Source of the DNA: Amphiscolops sp. MND2022
Lineage: Eukaryota
Length of the DNA: 64,000 bases
Direction of reading: 5' to 3'
Assembly: GCA_964187785.1 (NCBI GenBank)
Contig: OZ076413.1
Span: forward strand, 44,456,001 to 44,520,000
The notes beneath the pieces were generated by a model. It did not search any database, was not told the DNA's origin, and saw nothing but the letters and a program-made list of their open reading frames with translations. Position 1 is the first letter of the stretch. Every line of letters begins with the position of its first letter. Shown here piece by piece: positions 12,141 through 23,461 of this stretch. Position numbers and translations under genes: made by a program.

Positions 12141-12839
12141 TTATGATGGTAAGAGTTCTATATGTGTTATAAATTGAGGGAAGTTAATATAGGCTTGTTG
12201 ATCTTTTTGTTCCCATATTAGTTGATAGTTAAATCTAAGAAACTTTAATAAGAATTGTGTAAAAATTTTGACTTGAGGTATAGTGTCATCTGTAAGAATA
12301 ATGTTGGTAAAGAATCTGTACTGAAAATGTTTTATTTGTAAGATATCTCGTTGTAACCAATAATGAGCGTTATCATGTCGTTGGACTTTTGTGTCAAGAT
12401 CTGGGACCTCGAAATATTCAGATCTGTGTTTTAGTTCTTGTAAATGGGAAGGACAATAAGGTGGTGTATCTTGGTTTTCATTGAATTCAATGAGTTTTTG
12501 CATGTATGTGTGAAAAACATCTTGTATAGAAAGTGTAATAATTTTTGGGTGTATAGTTCTATAAAATGTTCCGGAGTTTATTCCTTTAACTGGGTTAAAA
12601 ATAACTTGAAAAGGGATTTGTGATGGTGTAATGTCAAGTGTTTTATAGTGGATATAATAGAGATAAGAATCACAATGTTCTCGTACTAATGCAATAGTAT
12701 GTAATATATGGGGTTCTGTTTCAAATGGAAGTGGGTTAGTGTACTGAAAGATAATGTTTTGTAGAAAAGGTGTTACATCTTGTATAAGAGATCGATTTTG
12801 TCTTTTGTCAGTAGTGACTGTAAATGGAGTGGGAAGCAT
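12141..12839 (-). pseudogene. Unknown domain of ORF1 upstream of the Gag core
   Basis: 232-aa ORF. A frameshift at ~12147 would join it to IIKNENKHLHYRDL in the Gag frame. Confidence 0.6.
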
Positions 12840-12848
12840 TATATGATA

Positions 12849-13230
12849 TTAAGTTTGATTAGTACAATAAGATTGCCATAAAGGATAGATGTATCGGAAA
12901 AGAAGATATTTTGTATTGAATTGTGAGTTATATGGTAAAATTTGATCTATGAAAACCACTTGTAAGGAAATAGTAAGTACAATACTTATGAAAAGAAGGA
13001 ATGGGTTTTGTATATATTGAATAAGTATATGGAAGGTGTGGTAGATACTAAGTAGTCCAAAAAGAGGTAGTATTATACTTGTAAACATAGAAGAAAAAGG
13101 TTGTGCTTCAAAGTTTTGGTATGAATGAAATTAAGAATTTGTCCAGAAAAAGTGCAAGACCAGCAATGATAGCAACAAAGAACCAAAAGCAGACAATGAG
13201 TTTAAGCATAGTGTCTACTGAAGGCGGCAT
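12849..13230 (-). pseudogene. Hydrophobic multi-TM N-terminal segment of retroelement ORF1
   Basis: ATG at 13230 gives MPPSVDTMLKLIVCFWFFVAIIAGLALFLDKFLISFIPKL*STTFFF. A frameshift leads to MFTSIILPLFGLLSIY...LLFISIVLTISLQVVFI, whose TAA stop is in frame with the 12141..12839 ORF. Confidence 0.6.
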
Positions 13231-13902
13231 GTACAATAAAGTTCTATTAAGAGTATGTCAAAAAAGTCGTACAAAAATTTGTTGTATACAGGTGTATGAA
13301 AAAGGAAAGTTATATAAAGAAATATGTGATGTATGTGTTATATATCTTAAATGTTATGTATTTGGATCCGTAAACTAGTTTTAAAAGAGTTTTGTATGTT
13401 GTTTGTACTATAAAAGAAGGAATAAGAAAGGTATTATAAATATGTTATGTAGAAAATATGTGTTATATATGTGTGCCAACTTTAAAGTTGATCCAAGCGG
13501 CTAGAACCAAAGAGATTTCTACTAGCAGGTATCGCTGGATAGCACTGTAAAAGGGCCAACACGTATCGCACGTCTGCGGTTGGAACGGAAGAAAGAGAAA
13601 AAGCCAACACGAATTCACTCAGTGGTGGTTGGAACGAAAAATATACTGACAGGAATCACGTCAAGAAACGTAGTCAGAACCAAGAAATATGACTGACAGG
13701 AATTACGTTGAGAAACGCAGTCAGGACCTTAGCAACACGGCTCAATTTCAAATAGAAATTGGTTGCAACGTTGAAGTTAGTAACGATAGGCGATGTTGAG
13801 AGGTGGAGAAACTGTGTGTCGAACAAAGCGATAGCGTATGAGAAAGTCGAGGAAAGAGGTACAACAATTGTAGATGTGTGAAATAAATGGGAGAGAAAAA
13901 GA

Positions 13903-13920
13903 ATTTTCTTGGTCGCACCA
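13903..13920 (-). promoter_or_regulatory. Primer-binding-site-like sequence TGGTGCGACCAAG
   Basis: TGG start directly after the LTR end CA plus AT spacer; cognate tRNA not identified. Confidence 0.55.
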
Positions 13921-13922
13921 AT

Positions 13923-14323
13923 TGAGCTGTTAAAAAGTTGTGTGGTGGTTTCTTTTAGAAGTGTTAGTACTGACATAAGAAGTCTAAGATTTTAACAGCG
14001 GAGTCGTCTTATCTTTTATTATGTAGCTAGCTAGTTCTGAGTACAATCTATTTCTGAGATCTCAGTTCTTGAAGTATGGGAGGAAGACTGATTGCTAGGA
14101 TGAATTCTCAATTTCTCCGAGTAGATATATTCTATTAACTAGGGTAGGTTACATCAATTAACAATGTGACAGCAACAGGATGAAGCAGGGGAGCTTGATA
14201 CAGGATCTAATAAATGAAGTTTCTTAGCTTCTAAATTAGATTAAATTTACTAATTGGGTTGGTTAAGAGTTCAGAGTATTTCAAATTTATAGAATTTTTG
14301 AGGACATGCATCATGGCATCACA
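13923..14323 (-). repeat. Putative 5' LTR (~400 bp, TGTGATG...CTCA)
   Basis: On the minus strand it starts TGTGATGCC exactly where a HINE repeat is cut (AAAAAAATGTCTTG|) and ends CTCA, 2 nt before TGG. It contains AATAAA at ~14015-14020. The second LTR is not in the window, so the boundaries are unconfirmed. Confidence 0.65.
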
Positions 14324-14806
14324 CAAGACATTTTTTTGGAAAAAAACTTGAAATTTTCGAAAAAAAATTCTTTCGGAAAATGTCGCACAGTGCCGAAAAA
14401 TGTAAAGGGGGGACCCTTTTTGATTTATAAACACGCATTCTGTAGCAAAATAACAAAAAACTCAAAGAAGGGGACCCTTTGGGGACATTTAAAAAATTTC
14501 GAAAAAAAGTCTCACAGCGCCGAAAAAAAAATCGAAAGGGGGGTACGAAACTTTAGTCCCGTCCGGGCTTGTATGTAACGTTTAAAAAGTAAATGAATGC
14601 GCTCCCCGTTTGCCTTTAGCGGTCCAGTAGTTTAGTACTTATTTAGCAGTTGAACGTTAATTTTAACGTTCGTCGCTTCGAGTCTGTCTTAAATAAAAAA
14701 AACGAGTGACTGTAATAGTCGGGCTTTTTTCTTAAGAAAAACGCCGACTAAAAACGAGTGACTGTAATAGTCGGGCTCTCTTATTAATAAAAGCGCCGAC
14801 TAAAAA
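14324..14806. mobile_element. HINE/DINE-1-like element fragment interrupted by the LTR element; duplicated terminal hairpin
   Basis: Shared GGGGGACCCTTT/CACAGTGCCGAAAA core; terminal AGTCGGGC...GCCGACTAAAAA module occurs twice (14701-14806). Confidence 0.75.
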
Positions 14807-15104
14807 CAACCAATGAGAATGATTGAGCATCGATACAAACTCTTGCTTAATTATTTATCTTTTGTTCCAGTAATATTGCAGATGATATTTGTTGTAAAAA
14901 TGTTGAGGATAAATTAAAAAGGTGTAATTGTGAGTAGAATCATTCCCCTTTCCAATAAACGAGGGTAGAGTGATCTGATAGAGTGACGTTTCTAGGAATT
15001 CAATGTGAAAGCTAATTATACACCTGCTAGAACTCAGAATAAAAACTGTTATCTGGAATCATTCTTACTCACAATTGTTAACAATTTAATAATAGTCCTC
15101 TATT

Positions 15105-15747
15105 TTTTAGAAGGCGCTTTTCGTAGAAAACGGACTAGAGCACTGGCTTTTTTAAAGAGCAACGACGTGACAGATTTTATAAGCTTTATAAGCTGTTGCT
15201 TCCACTAACTGCCACACTAAACTTGTAACATCTACTGTCAATTGGCATGGAGGTTAATCAGGGTTTTTTGAGGTCTGCGAAGCAAAAGGACATGGGTTCG
15301 AGTCTCGACCTTGACCAAAATTTTTTGTGCATGTTATTTCGACTTTGTGAGACTTTTTTTCGCAAATTTTTTTATGTCTCCAAAGGGTCCCCCCTACAGC
15401 TTTTTGACATTTTGCAGCAGAATAGATGTTCAAAAAATCCTAAAGGGTCCCCTTTTACATTTTTCGGCACTATACGACTTACCGGAGACGTCCAAAAAAT
15501 TTCGAAAAAATTTGGGAAATTTTTTACCTCAATTTTTAGTTTTTTGAGAGGTTTAGTTGTCTCGAGTGGAAAAGTGGTTTTCGAGTCTTATGCGTATCTC
15601 TTGAGGTACGGACTGTGAGGTACGAACTTGAGTTTCGCACTGTGAAATTGATGAAATTTTAACAAAAGTGTACTTTTGCATATGTAAAAAACTTGACTTT
15701 TTGGAACCTTTAGCGGGGCGCCGACTTGGGCCGTTCCCGGCTTGTTA
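15105..15747. mobile_element. Diverged HINE-like element
   Basis: Ends GGCGCCGACTTGGGCCGTTCCCGGCTTGTT; internal AAGGGTCCCC core. Confidence 0.65.
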
Positions 15748-15865
15748 CATCTTTCACTTGGGTTCAGCGTTAACAGTTCGTGTTTGCATTCAAGTTTCCC
15801 TCCATAATACTTGCAATGACCGGCGTTTTAGCACCCAATACTAAGACTTCCAGTGGTTAAAGTGG

Positions 15866-17540
15866 TTTTTAGTCGGCGCTTTTCCTTAAAGGGAAAAATG
15901 CCCGACTATAGCAGTGGCTGTTTTTAGTCGGCGCCTTTTCCCTTAAGGAAAAAAGCCCGACTCTTACAGTGAGTAGTTTTTTTTTCAGTTGACAATCTCA
16001 CTCTGAGTGGTCCACTTTTCTTACAATTTGTTCATCTTTCATATTTGTTCATCTTCCATCTTCGACCCAGCCGGAGAGCGTGGGTTCGATTCTCGCACTA
16101 AACCATAATCTTTTTAATGCTTCCCAAAGTACAGGTGAGACCAAAGGGTCCCCCCTTTGGGTTTTTTTTCGGCACTATGCGACTTTTTTCGAAAATTTTT
16201 GAAATTTATCAAAGGGTACCCCCTTGCATTTTTTTGAAGTTTTCGGTTTGTAGAAAACGTTGAATGAGCCTGAATGGCCTCTTTTTGAGTTTTTCGGCAT
16301 TGTGCGACTTAAAAAATACTTTTTTTCGAAAAAAAATTCAAAAATAATTTTTTTGAAAAGTTTTTTTTTCCAAATTTTTCCGATAGTTGTTCCGTGAATG
16401 ATTTTGAGCCTAAGATATGGCGCCGACTTGGGACGTTCCCGTCTTGTTTTTTCTTCAGACTACAATCCTCACACTGATCGGTCCACTTTTCTTACAATTC
16501 TTACAATCTTGAAATCTTACAATTCTTACTTAGCAAATTTGAAATACTGGCGCAAAAGCTTGCGAAGTAGTGTTTTTACATCATCTAAGAAACTGAAAGG
16601 GACCAAAGGGTACTCCCTTAGAGTATTTTCGGCTCTGTGAGACTTTTTTTCGAAAAAAAATTCCCCAAAGGGTCCCCCCTTCAATTTTTTTTGGAGTTTT
16701 CCGACAGAACGGATGTTGAATAATCCCAAAGGGTCCCCCCTTTCAGATTTTTCGGCAATGTGAGACTTTTTTTTCAAAAAAAAAATTTCACCAAAAGTGC
16801 CCCTCCTTCAATATTTTTTGATGATTAGCCACAGAATGGATGAAAAATCTCAAAGTGTCCCCACTGGTGCGCCAATTCGGTTCAACTTTTGGGTTTTTCC
16901 GGTACCGTAGAAGAGAATACTTTGACACTTTGAAGTCCTTTTGCTGTTTTTGAGCCTTAGATATGGCGCGGACTTGGGCCGTTCCCGGCTTGTTTTTTCT
17001 TCAGACCAAATCCTCACACAGATCGGTCCACTTTTTAGAAACCACCTAAGGCGCCCAGTCCGGCAAAGGGGCCAAGGCAAACTTAGTGCAAAGGGTCCCC
17101 CCTTTCATTTTTTACTTTTTCAAGGTAACCTACAAAACCAGACGGGACTAAAGAGTCCCCCGTTTCGATTTTTTTTCGGCACTGTGCAACTTTTTTTCGA
17201 TTTTTTTTGTCTCCATAGGGTCCCCCTTTCATTTTTTACTTTTTTAACGTAACCTACAAAACCGGCCGAGACTAAAGGGTCTCCTCTTTTGATTTTTTTT
17301 GGCACTGTGCGACTTTTTTTCGAAAATTTTTTAATTTTCCCCTTTAAGTTTTTTGTTATTTTGCAACAGAATGCATGTTTATAAATCAAAAAGAGTCCCC
17401 TCTTTAATTTTTTTTGGCACTGTGCGACATTTTCCGAAAGAAAAAAATTTTCGAAAATTTCAAGTTTTTCGCAAAAAAAATGTTTTGCGCTTTTCGAGCC
17501 TTAGATATTAGCGCCGACTTTAGACGTTCCCGTCTTGTTG
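15866..17540. mobile_element. Nested cluster of HINE/DINE-1-like (Helentron-associated) elements
   Basis: Left ends TTTTTAGTCGGCGC...GCCCGACT (15866, 15920); right ends GCGCCGACTTGGGACGTTCCCGTCTTGTT or close variants (~16448, ~16993, ~17540), i.e. subterminal IR plus stem-loop; T-run insertion sites. Confidence 0.8.
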
Positions 17541-18899
17541 GTCTTTGCTGCAGTGGGTGCAGTGGGTTTGGTTCCAGTCATAATTATCAGTTTGCCGTAA
17601 TCTTTCAATTCAATCTTTCTGTGTGTATGATTTCCACTCTCGATTCAGATAGTCAAAATTTTCATCATAGAAGGCACAAATCCCAAGCGGGCGAAAGTTC
17701 CAAAGTTGTTAGTCTACCCGAACTTCTGCCTTCTTCGGACCTTTAGGTAACAAAGTATAGGCAAAAACAAAAAATTTTTTATCCATGGATGCAATGGATG
17801 CATCCATTTCAAAACCAACCTGTTTTCTTGTTTCAACGTCGTATCTACTCGCGAACAACGATTGATCTTTCTCCGCATTTCCATCTTCTGTGTTCGCTTC
17901 GTTTCGGACCTAACTTCAGCTTGTCTGGGTTTACCGAAAAAGAGCATCAAAAACGGGGATAAAAATCCGATTGCACATAAAGTAGAAAGTTATGTAACGA
18001 ATCTTGTCGGAAATTTCCGTTTGGCCGTTAAAGCAGAAGACTACCAGGTTACCAATAGCGGGTCCTGGCATGTAAAACAAGAAAACGATGCCAGTGTTTC
18101 TATCCAGAGTTGTGACGTCTGAATACTGGCCAATGACTTCACCGATTGTGCTCCAGAGGATGCCAATCGGGAAGCCAGATATTACGTCAAAGATGTACAC
18201 AAAAACAGGATAAGGGTAAATCAGGGGGACTCCGAATAGACTGAGGAGGGAGACACCCGCCACTGAAAAGGAAATAAGCACCCATTTCAAGGCCTGAGTT
18301 CCCGGATCTTGACCAAGATCAATGTTTGCGTCATCACTAATTTGAAATTTTCCTGTTGATTTCATGTGGAATTCACAGGCTCCATGCAACCATTCGTGCA
18401 TGTTTTTCAATGCATGCATTCAAATTCACCAGATGTGTTTTTAACAAAAATCATTGAAAAGCTATAGTTGCCGTCAAAATATTTTTTTTTGGTTTCGTTT
18501 CTTGAAACTTCTAATTATGCACAGAGAATTATTTAGAATTCAATGAAAGATGTTAAACTGAGTGAGTTACAAAGTCAAGACACAATTCAATTCTCCTAAA
18601 AACAAAAATCTCAAAAATCTTTTGCCGTTTAGTTCATTTTTTCATTTGTTTCTCTAAAGTTATACCGGTAAAATCTAACCCAGCAGCTGTTTGGTTGTAA
18701 AGTAAAAAGATAAAAAAGGGTGAAGAATAGAACCCAACGTAAAACTAGCGTAATTTAGCGCCAATCCCGAAAATCCGTTGACCTCGAAAGAAGAAGATTC
18801 GATCACTATATCCTGACAGCTGGCACAACTGAAATACATGGTGTACACAAACATCACGCTCACTGACAAAATGAGCACGTTTTTCAAGTTCGAATCCAG
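17540..18899 (-). pseudogene. UNC93-like / MFSD11-like MFS membrane protein, disrupted
   Basis: Exon 1 18680-18899 (DSNLKNVLILSVSVMFVYT...GFSGLALNY) has a phase-1 donor joining the acceptor at 18262 (VAGVSLL...GILWSTIGEVIGQYSDVTTLDRNTGIVF...GNLVVF...GQTEISDKIR). CTG sits at the expected start, there is a frameshift at ~17975, later stops, and a HINE cuts the 3' end. Confidence 0.75.
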
Positions 18900-21705
18900 T
18901 TTATTTAACTCTAAATCGTTTACGTGTCGAAGCTACCAATAATATACATAAGAGCGTCTCAATGTCTATAGTTTCAGTTCTTCAGATTGACATAACGACG
19001 CCTGAATACACAAACTGTTTTGTTGAGCTCAGTAGCACCATCTTGAAGTAACAATAAAAGGTAATGAATAACAAAAATCAGGGTGGAATCTGAAAACAAG
19101 CAGATCTGCGTGATTCTAGAAGGCGTGAAATGGGATACTTTTTGAAAAGTTATTTGCCAATAACTTTTATAATGTTTTTCTAAAACTCTTGCAAAAACAG
19201 CACGTGGAACATTTTTTCTGTTGTATTCAACTTTTATCAAGTTGCGCTAAAAATTCATTTTTTCTTTTTACGCTGAAAAATATTGGAACTAATTTTCCAT
19301 ATTTTCAGACGTATATCTTTTTTTTCAAATTGACTATTATTTTCGAATTTTGCTCAACAAAACGAGGCTTGCTAATAATACATCCCTTGAAAAGAGTATC
19401 TACAAGCTGAGAACGACATAAGTTGGCACCACGCCTGAAGCTCAAAAAGCGCCCAGAAACTTTAACTTGCACAATTTTTTTCAATATCTTACAATGACGA
19501 TAAAAACTCGAAGCTTTTCTTTAACTGAAAACAAACAAAAGGAAGAGCCTTTCGGGTCATTTTGGTCAATTTTCAGATCTTAGTCGCATTATAGAACTTT
19601 TGTAAATTTTTTGTCACTTCGACTGGATTAAAAAAACAACCCGGAACCACTATGAAAGTCGGTTTTTGTTTCATATAGCGCCGGCTGAGTACAAAGCGAA
19701 AATTTCGAATATATAAAGTTATCTTTTTGTGATGAAAGTCAAAGTAGCATTGAAGCAACAATCTTCGAAAATTTCATAGCTCAAAAACAGCTGAAAAATT
19801 TTGTATTTGTTTCCTTATGCAAACACTGAGCACCTTCAAGATTTTCCAATCTCCTAGTTATTTCGTAGCAGCGAAAAAAATGAACACAAAAATTGAATGT
19901 GAAAAAATCTAAAGCTGACAAAAAATGTTCTGATGGTTTTTACATTTGTGTCATAGCGTCACAAGTGTACCGAAAGGGTCTTTGACTTCTCTCCAGAATT
20001 CGAATATGAAATTGTAGAAAAATCCTTTAAAATTTTTGACAATTTCGTGCAAAAGCGTCTTTTGGGCTAGCAATAAAAAAAGGTCAAACAAATGAGATCT
20101 TTCCAAATCTCGTACAACTCTCTTTACAAGATTCAGAGTTTTGAAAGCCAGAAAATTATTTTTCCATGAAATCAAGGCACACATTGTAAACAACTTTGCT
20201 GCAAGGAGTGCTTGACTTCCATGAATTTTTGAACATGCAACATTCACATTCAAGTTATATTAGGATCGGTTTTGTTAAATCTGCAATAATTTCTGCTCAT
20301 TTTACGCCTTAATTACAAGTTGACATCTTGCGACATCCAATGGTAAACAACCGGAATGATAATATTGGAACTATATAAACGATGTATGTGTTAAAGTTCA
20401 AAAATGTAAAAAATCATGTTTGATAAGATAATTGTCCGTGAAATTATCATACAGCTTTGAAGTCCCTCATTTTTATCACTGCAGACCCTTTCTGGAAATT
20501 TTTCTGAAAATTTTCAAAACTGGTCTCAAATGTGGCACCCTCAGTGTCGCAGTTTCCAAAGATTTTTTTGTTCTGAGTCTTCATACTGAATTTTTGGTCA
20601 AAAATCAAAACTTCATGAGAATTTGATTGTCAGAGTGCAAATTTTGCTACCCATATCTTCGAACATGAGACAAGAAGTCAAGTGTCATTTTGGTTTAAAA
20701 CTTCCCTTCAGTGGTATAGGCGATGCTCGCCATTGTTTTGGAAAATTGAATTTATATTTCAAAACTTTAAATCGTCACATTCGCCTTATTGGATAGGATA
20801 TGAAACTCCTACAAAAAGCTATCGACGCTAACGTTTGTGGGTCACAAGATTGGGTGAGAAAAGGAACACTTGAAACTTTTTTACTGTTCTAATTAGTTAT
20901 TTGTACTAAAAGAATCAGAAAGGGAACGCACATAAGCTTTACGGTTCAAAACTGCAAAGAAAACACTGATCGCTTTTTGGTGTCAGTCATTTGAAATTGA
21001 GTTCTCATTATGTAATTCAATCTTCAAAGAAAAACCATCTGAAAACATCCACACATCTTAACTAGTCAATTCATTCTCACTTCTGTGAAAATTCGCGTTT
21101 TGCACTTTTTGATTGACACGTCATTTCATCATTTTCAAACGTCGTTTCGATGTTTTGATTCCTCATACCTGGTTCTTGGTTTAAGCGAAAACTAATACAT
21201 ATACCGTTTTCCGCGTTAGCATTTTCCGCATGTGCCGTTAATCATCTGGCATTAGTTCACCCACAAAAAACGGTACATGTAAATACTTCGCACACTTGAC
21301 AATGTAACCATTTGTCAACAAGATGTCAAAAGTTTTCTGGGTTTGATTTTGTCACTTGTCAATCATTCGGGGACAACTTTGGTTTCGAGGACAGTATCAG
21401 ACGGACCTGGCAGGCTTTTGACTATTAATCAAACAAGACGCCCGCTGAGCAGCGAGATATTTTCCGCCCCAAACTGTTCTAAAACTAAATAAAGTTGAGG
21501 CTCAAGAATAGCCAATGCACTATAAAAACGCAAAGAAGTTCGGAGAAAAGAAAGCTTTGATTCATCTTAGCCCATTTTAAAGGAAACCCCTAATTTATAA
21601 TTTCTCCGATAGTCGGCTTTCTTTCGTTTTTTTTTCGGCACTATGAGATTTACAGAGAAAAGAGAATTTTCAATAAGTTTTAAAAAATAATTTTCGAAAA
21701 ACATT

Positions 21706-23461
21706 TGTCGTGAGCCTGATTTATGTGGTTGTCATGGAGACAATCACGAGTTGGCTCACTTCTAGAGGTGTTTTTAGTTTTCTCACTGCAGTAATCTTCG
21801 GGATTAACATCCAGTCTCTCAATCGGAACGTTCCATCTATCATGTGTTACATGTCCCGATCCGGCCTTTAGGGCATTTTGTAATGGAGGCAATATCTGAT
21901 TGCTTACAGCATCACTAATTGCCCTTTGGATCTGAGTAATAACACTGTTCATCATCCCATCCATTTCTCTAGACAACCTCGAGTTAAGCTCAGTCGACAA
22001 CTTATTGAAATCAGCGTTAGAGGTAGTACCCATGGAATTTTGGCCAAGATCGGCACTGTTGCTCGATCTGTTATCTCTAGGATTTAAGTACAAGTTTCCT
22101 TCGTTATTTTCAGGAACATCACAATTGGGGCTCTCTGGCCTCCTAGCTAGGTTACAATCCACACTTTCCTCTCTTCCAAGGTGCTTCCCCCTTGCCTTAT
22201 ATCCAAGTTTTCTATGTCTGATAACATTTTAAGTCCTCTTGACTTTCTTGTTTTCTTTTGCTTCCTCGTAGTAGGCATAGAGAAAATCCGAGTAATAATA
22301 TTTGAATTGCTTCAGATCGGAAAATTGTATTGAGTTAGTTTAGAACAGGCCTGATCTTTTGTGTGGCTTTTACAAAATGTGTCTATCTCAAGAGGAGGAC
22401 AGGTATAAAAACCCCATGAGGCATGACAATTACATTCCTTTCGTCATTGTATGAGTAAACAACATTCCAAATGCGTTTTGTTGAACAAAAAATCACAGAG
22501 ACTAAGCAAGAAATTCCACAAAAGGGGTGGTAATTAGTGGCGTTGGTAATTTAAACTGCACGTGGGTAACTAGTTCGACCCTTTTGGGAACTTGACCCGC
22601 TATGGTTTGAACATACTTAAAACAGTTAATGCATCGTTTGTAGACATTTATGAACATCAAAGTGGCAGCTCATGATCTAACTATTAGAAAATTGTAGCAA
22701 CAAACTCCAACACGCGTTTGCATGTGGGACTAGAATAGAATCCGTTCAAATACATTGATTTACATGATTACATGTTATTGTGTTGTAGGCCGAAATAAGA
22801 CAAAATACATGAATAACCGATATTGTTTTGCCTTAATTGGTCCAAATACTGGTCCTTTAATAATAGCAACAATAGTCAAAACAGACAACAGATCAAGATT
22901 TAACAGCTTCATTTACAGTACTTGACATACTGGATGGTTTAAAACATTCTTTGGCAAAGCACATAGCACTACTAGTTAAACAAAGCAGTTAGATTGATAA
23001 AAGTTAAATAGGCCGAAACCGGTTATTTGACTAGCGTGCGCTTTAATGCTAGCCTAATTGAGTCAATTGGCCGTGTCCGGCCAAATAATATACTGCCCAG
23101 AAATAATGTTACTAGTACTGCATCTGCATTGTGATTGGTCAGGTATACTCCAACGAGTTACGTCGCCGAGAAAGGACGTTTTAGCACTTGAACACGTTTC
23201 CTTTGCATGATATAGTAATGATATGTACATATTGCATTCCAACTTTACATCACTTCACAAATATCAAACCAGTTCATTGAGCAACTGTTAACAGACTAAT
23301 ACAAAATCAAATGCGTTAACAATATCTGAACAAATTAGGGACTAGTCTTGAAAAATTGTTCTAGTTTTAATATTAGAAGGTAGGAAGTGTCGCCTGGGCA
23401 ATGTCCTGGCCGTCAGCTGTCGTTGTGATCATGGTCCCGTCACAGGCGGTAGTCTCCGACA
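21706..23461 (-). mobile_element. Solo LTR (1756 bp) with internal ORF
   Basis: TGTCG...CGACA termini; perfect 5-bp TSD ACATT (21701-21705 and 23462-23466); interrupts a host repeat. ORF from ATG 22278 (MPTTRKQKK..., one frameshift) runs to the LTR end. Confidence 0.85.

Larger units (their letters stand above)
1..14323 (-). mobile_element. Ty3/Gypsy (Metaviridae-like) LTR retroelement with env-like ORF; decayed; 3' end lies outside the window
   Basis: Domain order gag-PR-RT-RH-IN (Gypsy order), 5' LTR and PBS-like site, env-like ORF after IN, uniform G-poor/AC-rich sense strand, many frameshifts and premature stops. Confidence 0.95.

Noticed and set aside
4710..13230. Programmed readthrough or alternative genetic code explaining in-frame TAA/TAG/TGA stops
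   Set aside because: Stops co-occur with many indels in the element, and the host 3909-codon ORF is clean under the standard code, so decay is the simpler explanation.
13550..13730. Leader repeats as CRISPR array or hammerhead ribozyme
   Set aside because: Only two copies each, eukaryotic context with no cas genes, and no CUGAUGA...GAAA catalytic core.
16060..16110. Functional tRNA gene
   Set aside because: Only a T-arm-like portion; no D-arm/A-box or matching 5' acceptor strand.
14231..17746. Numerous short K/F-rich ORFs (also at 26781-27136, 33859-34213, 38211-39367)
   Set aside because: They are chance translations of A/T-run-rich HINE repeats, with no protein-like features.
21706..22428. 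Shorter element ending at CATGACA (22428)
   Set aside because: No TSD at that end; the 23461 end has a perfect ACATT TSD and rejoins the host repeat.
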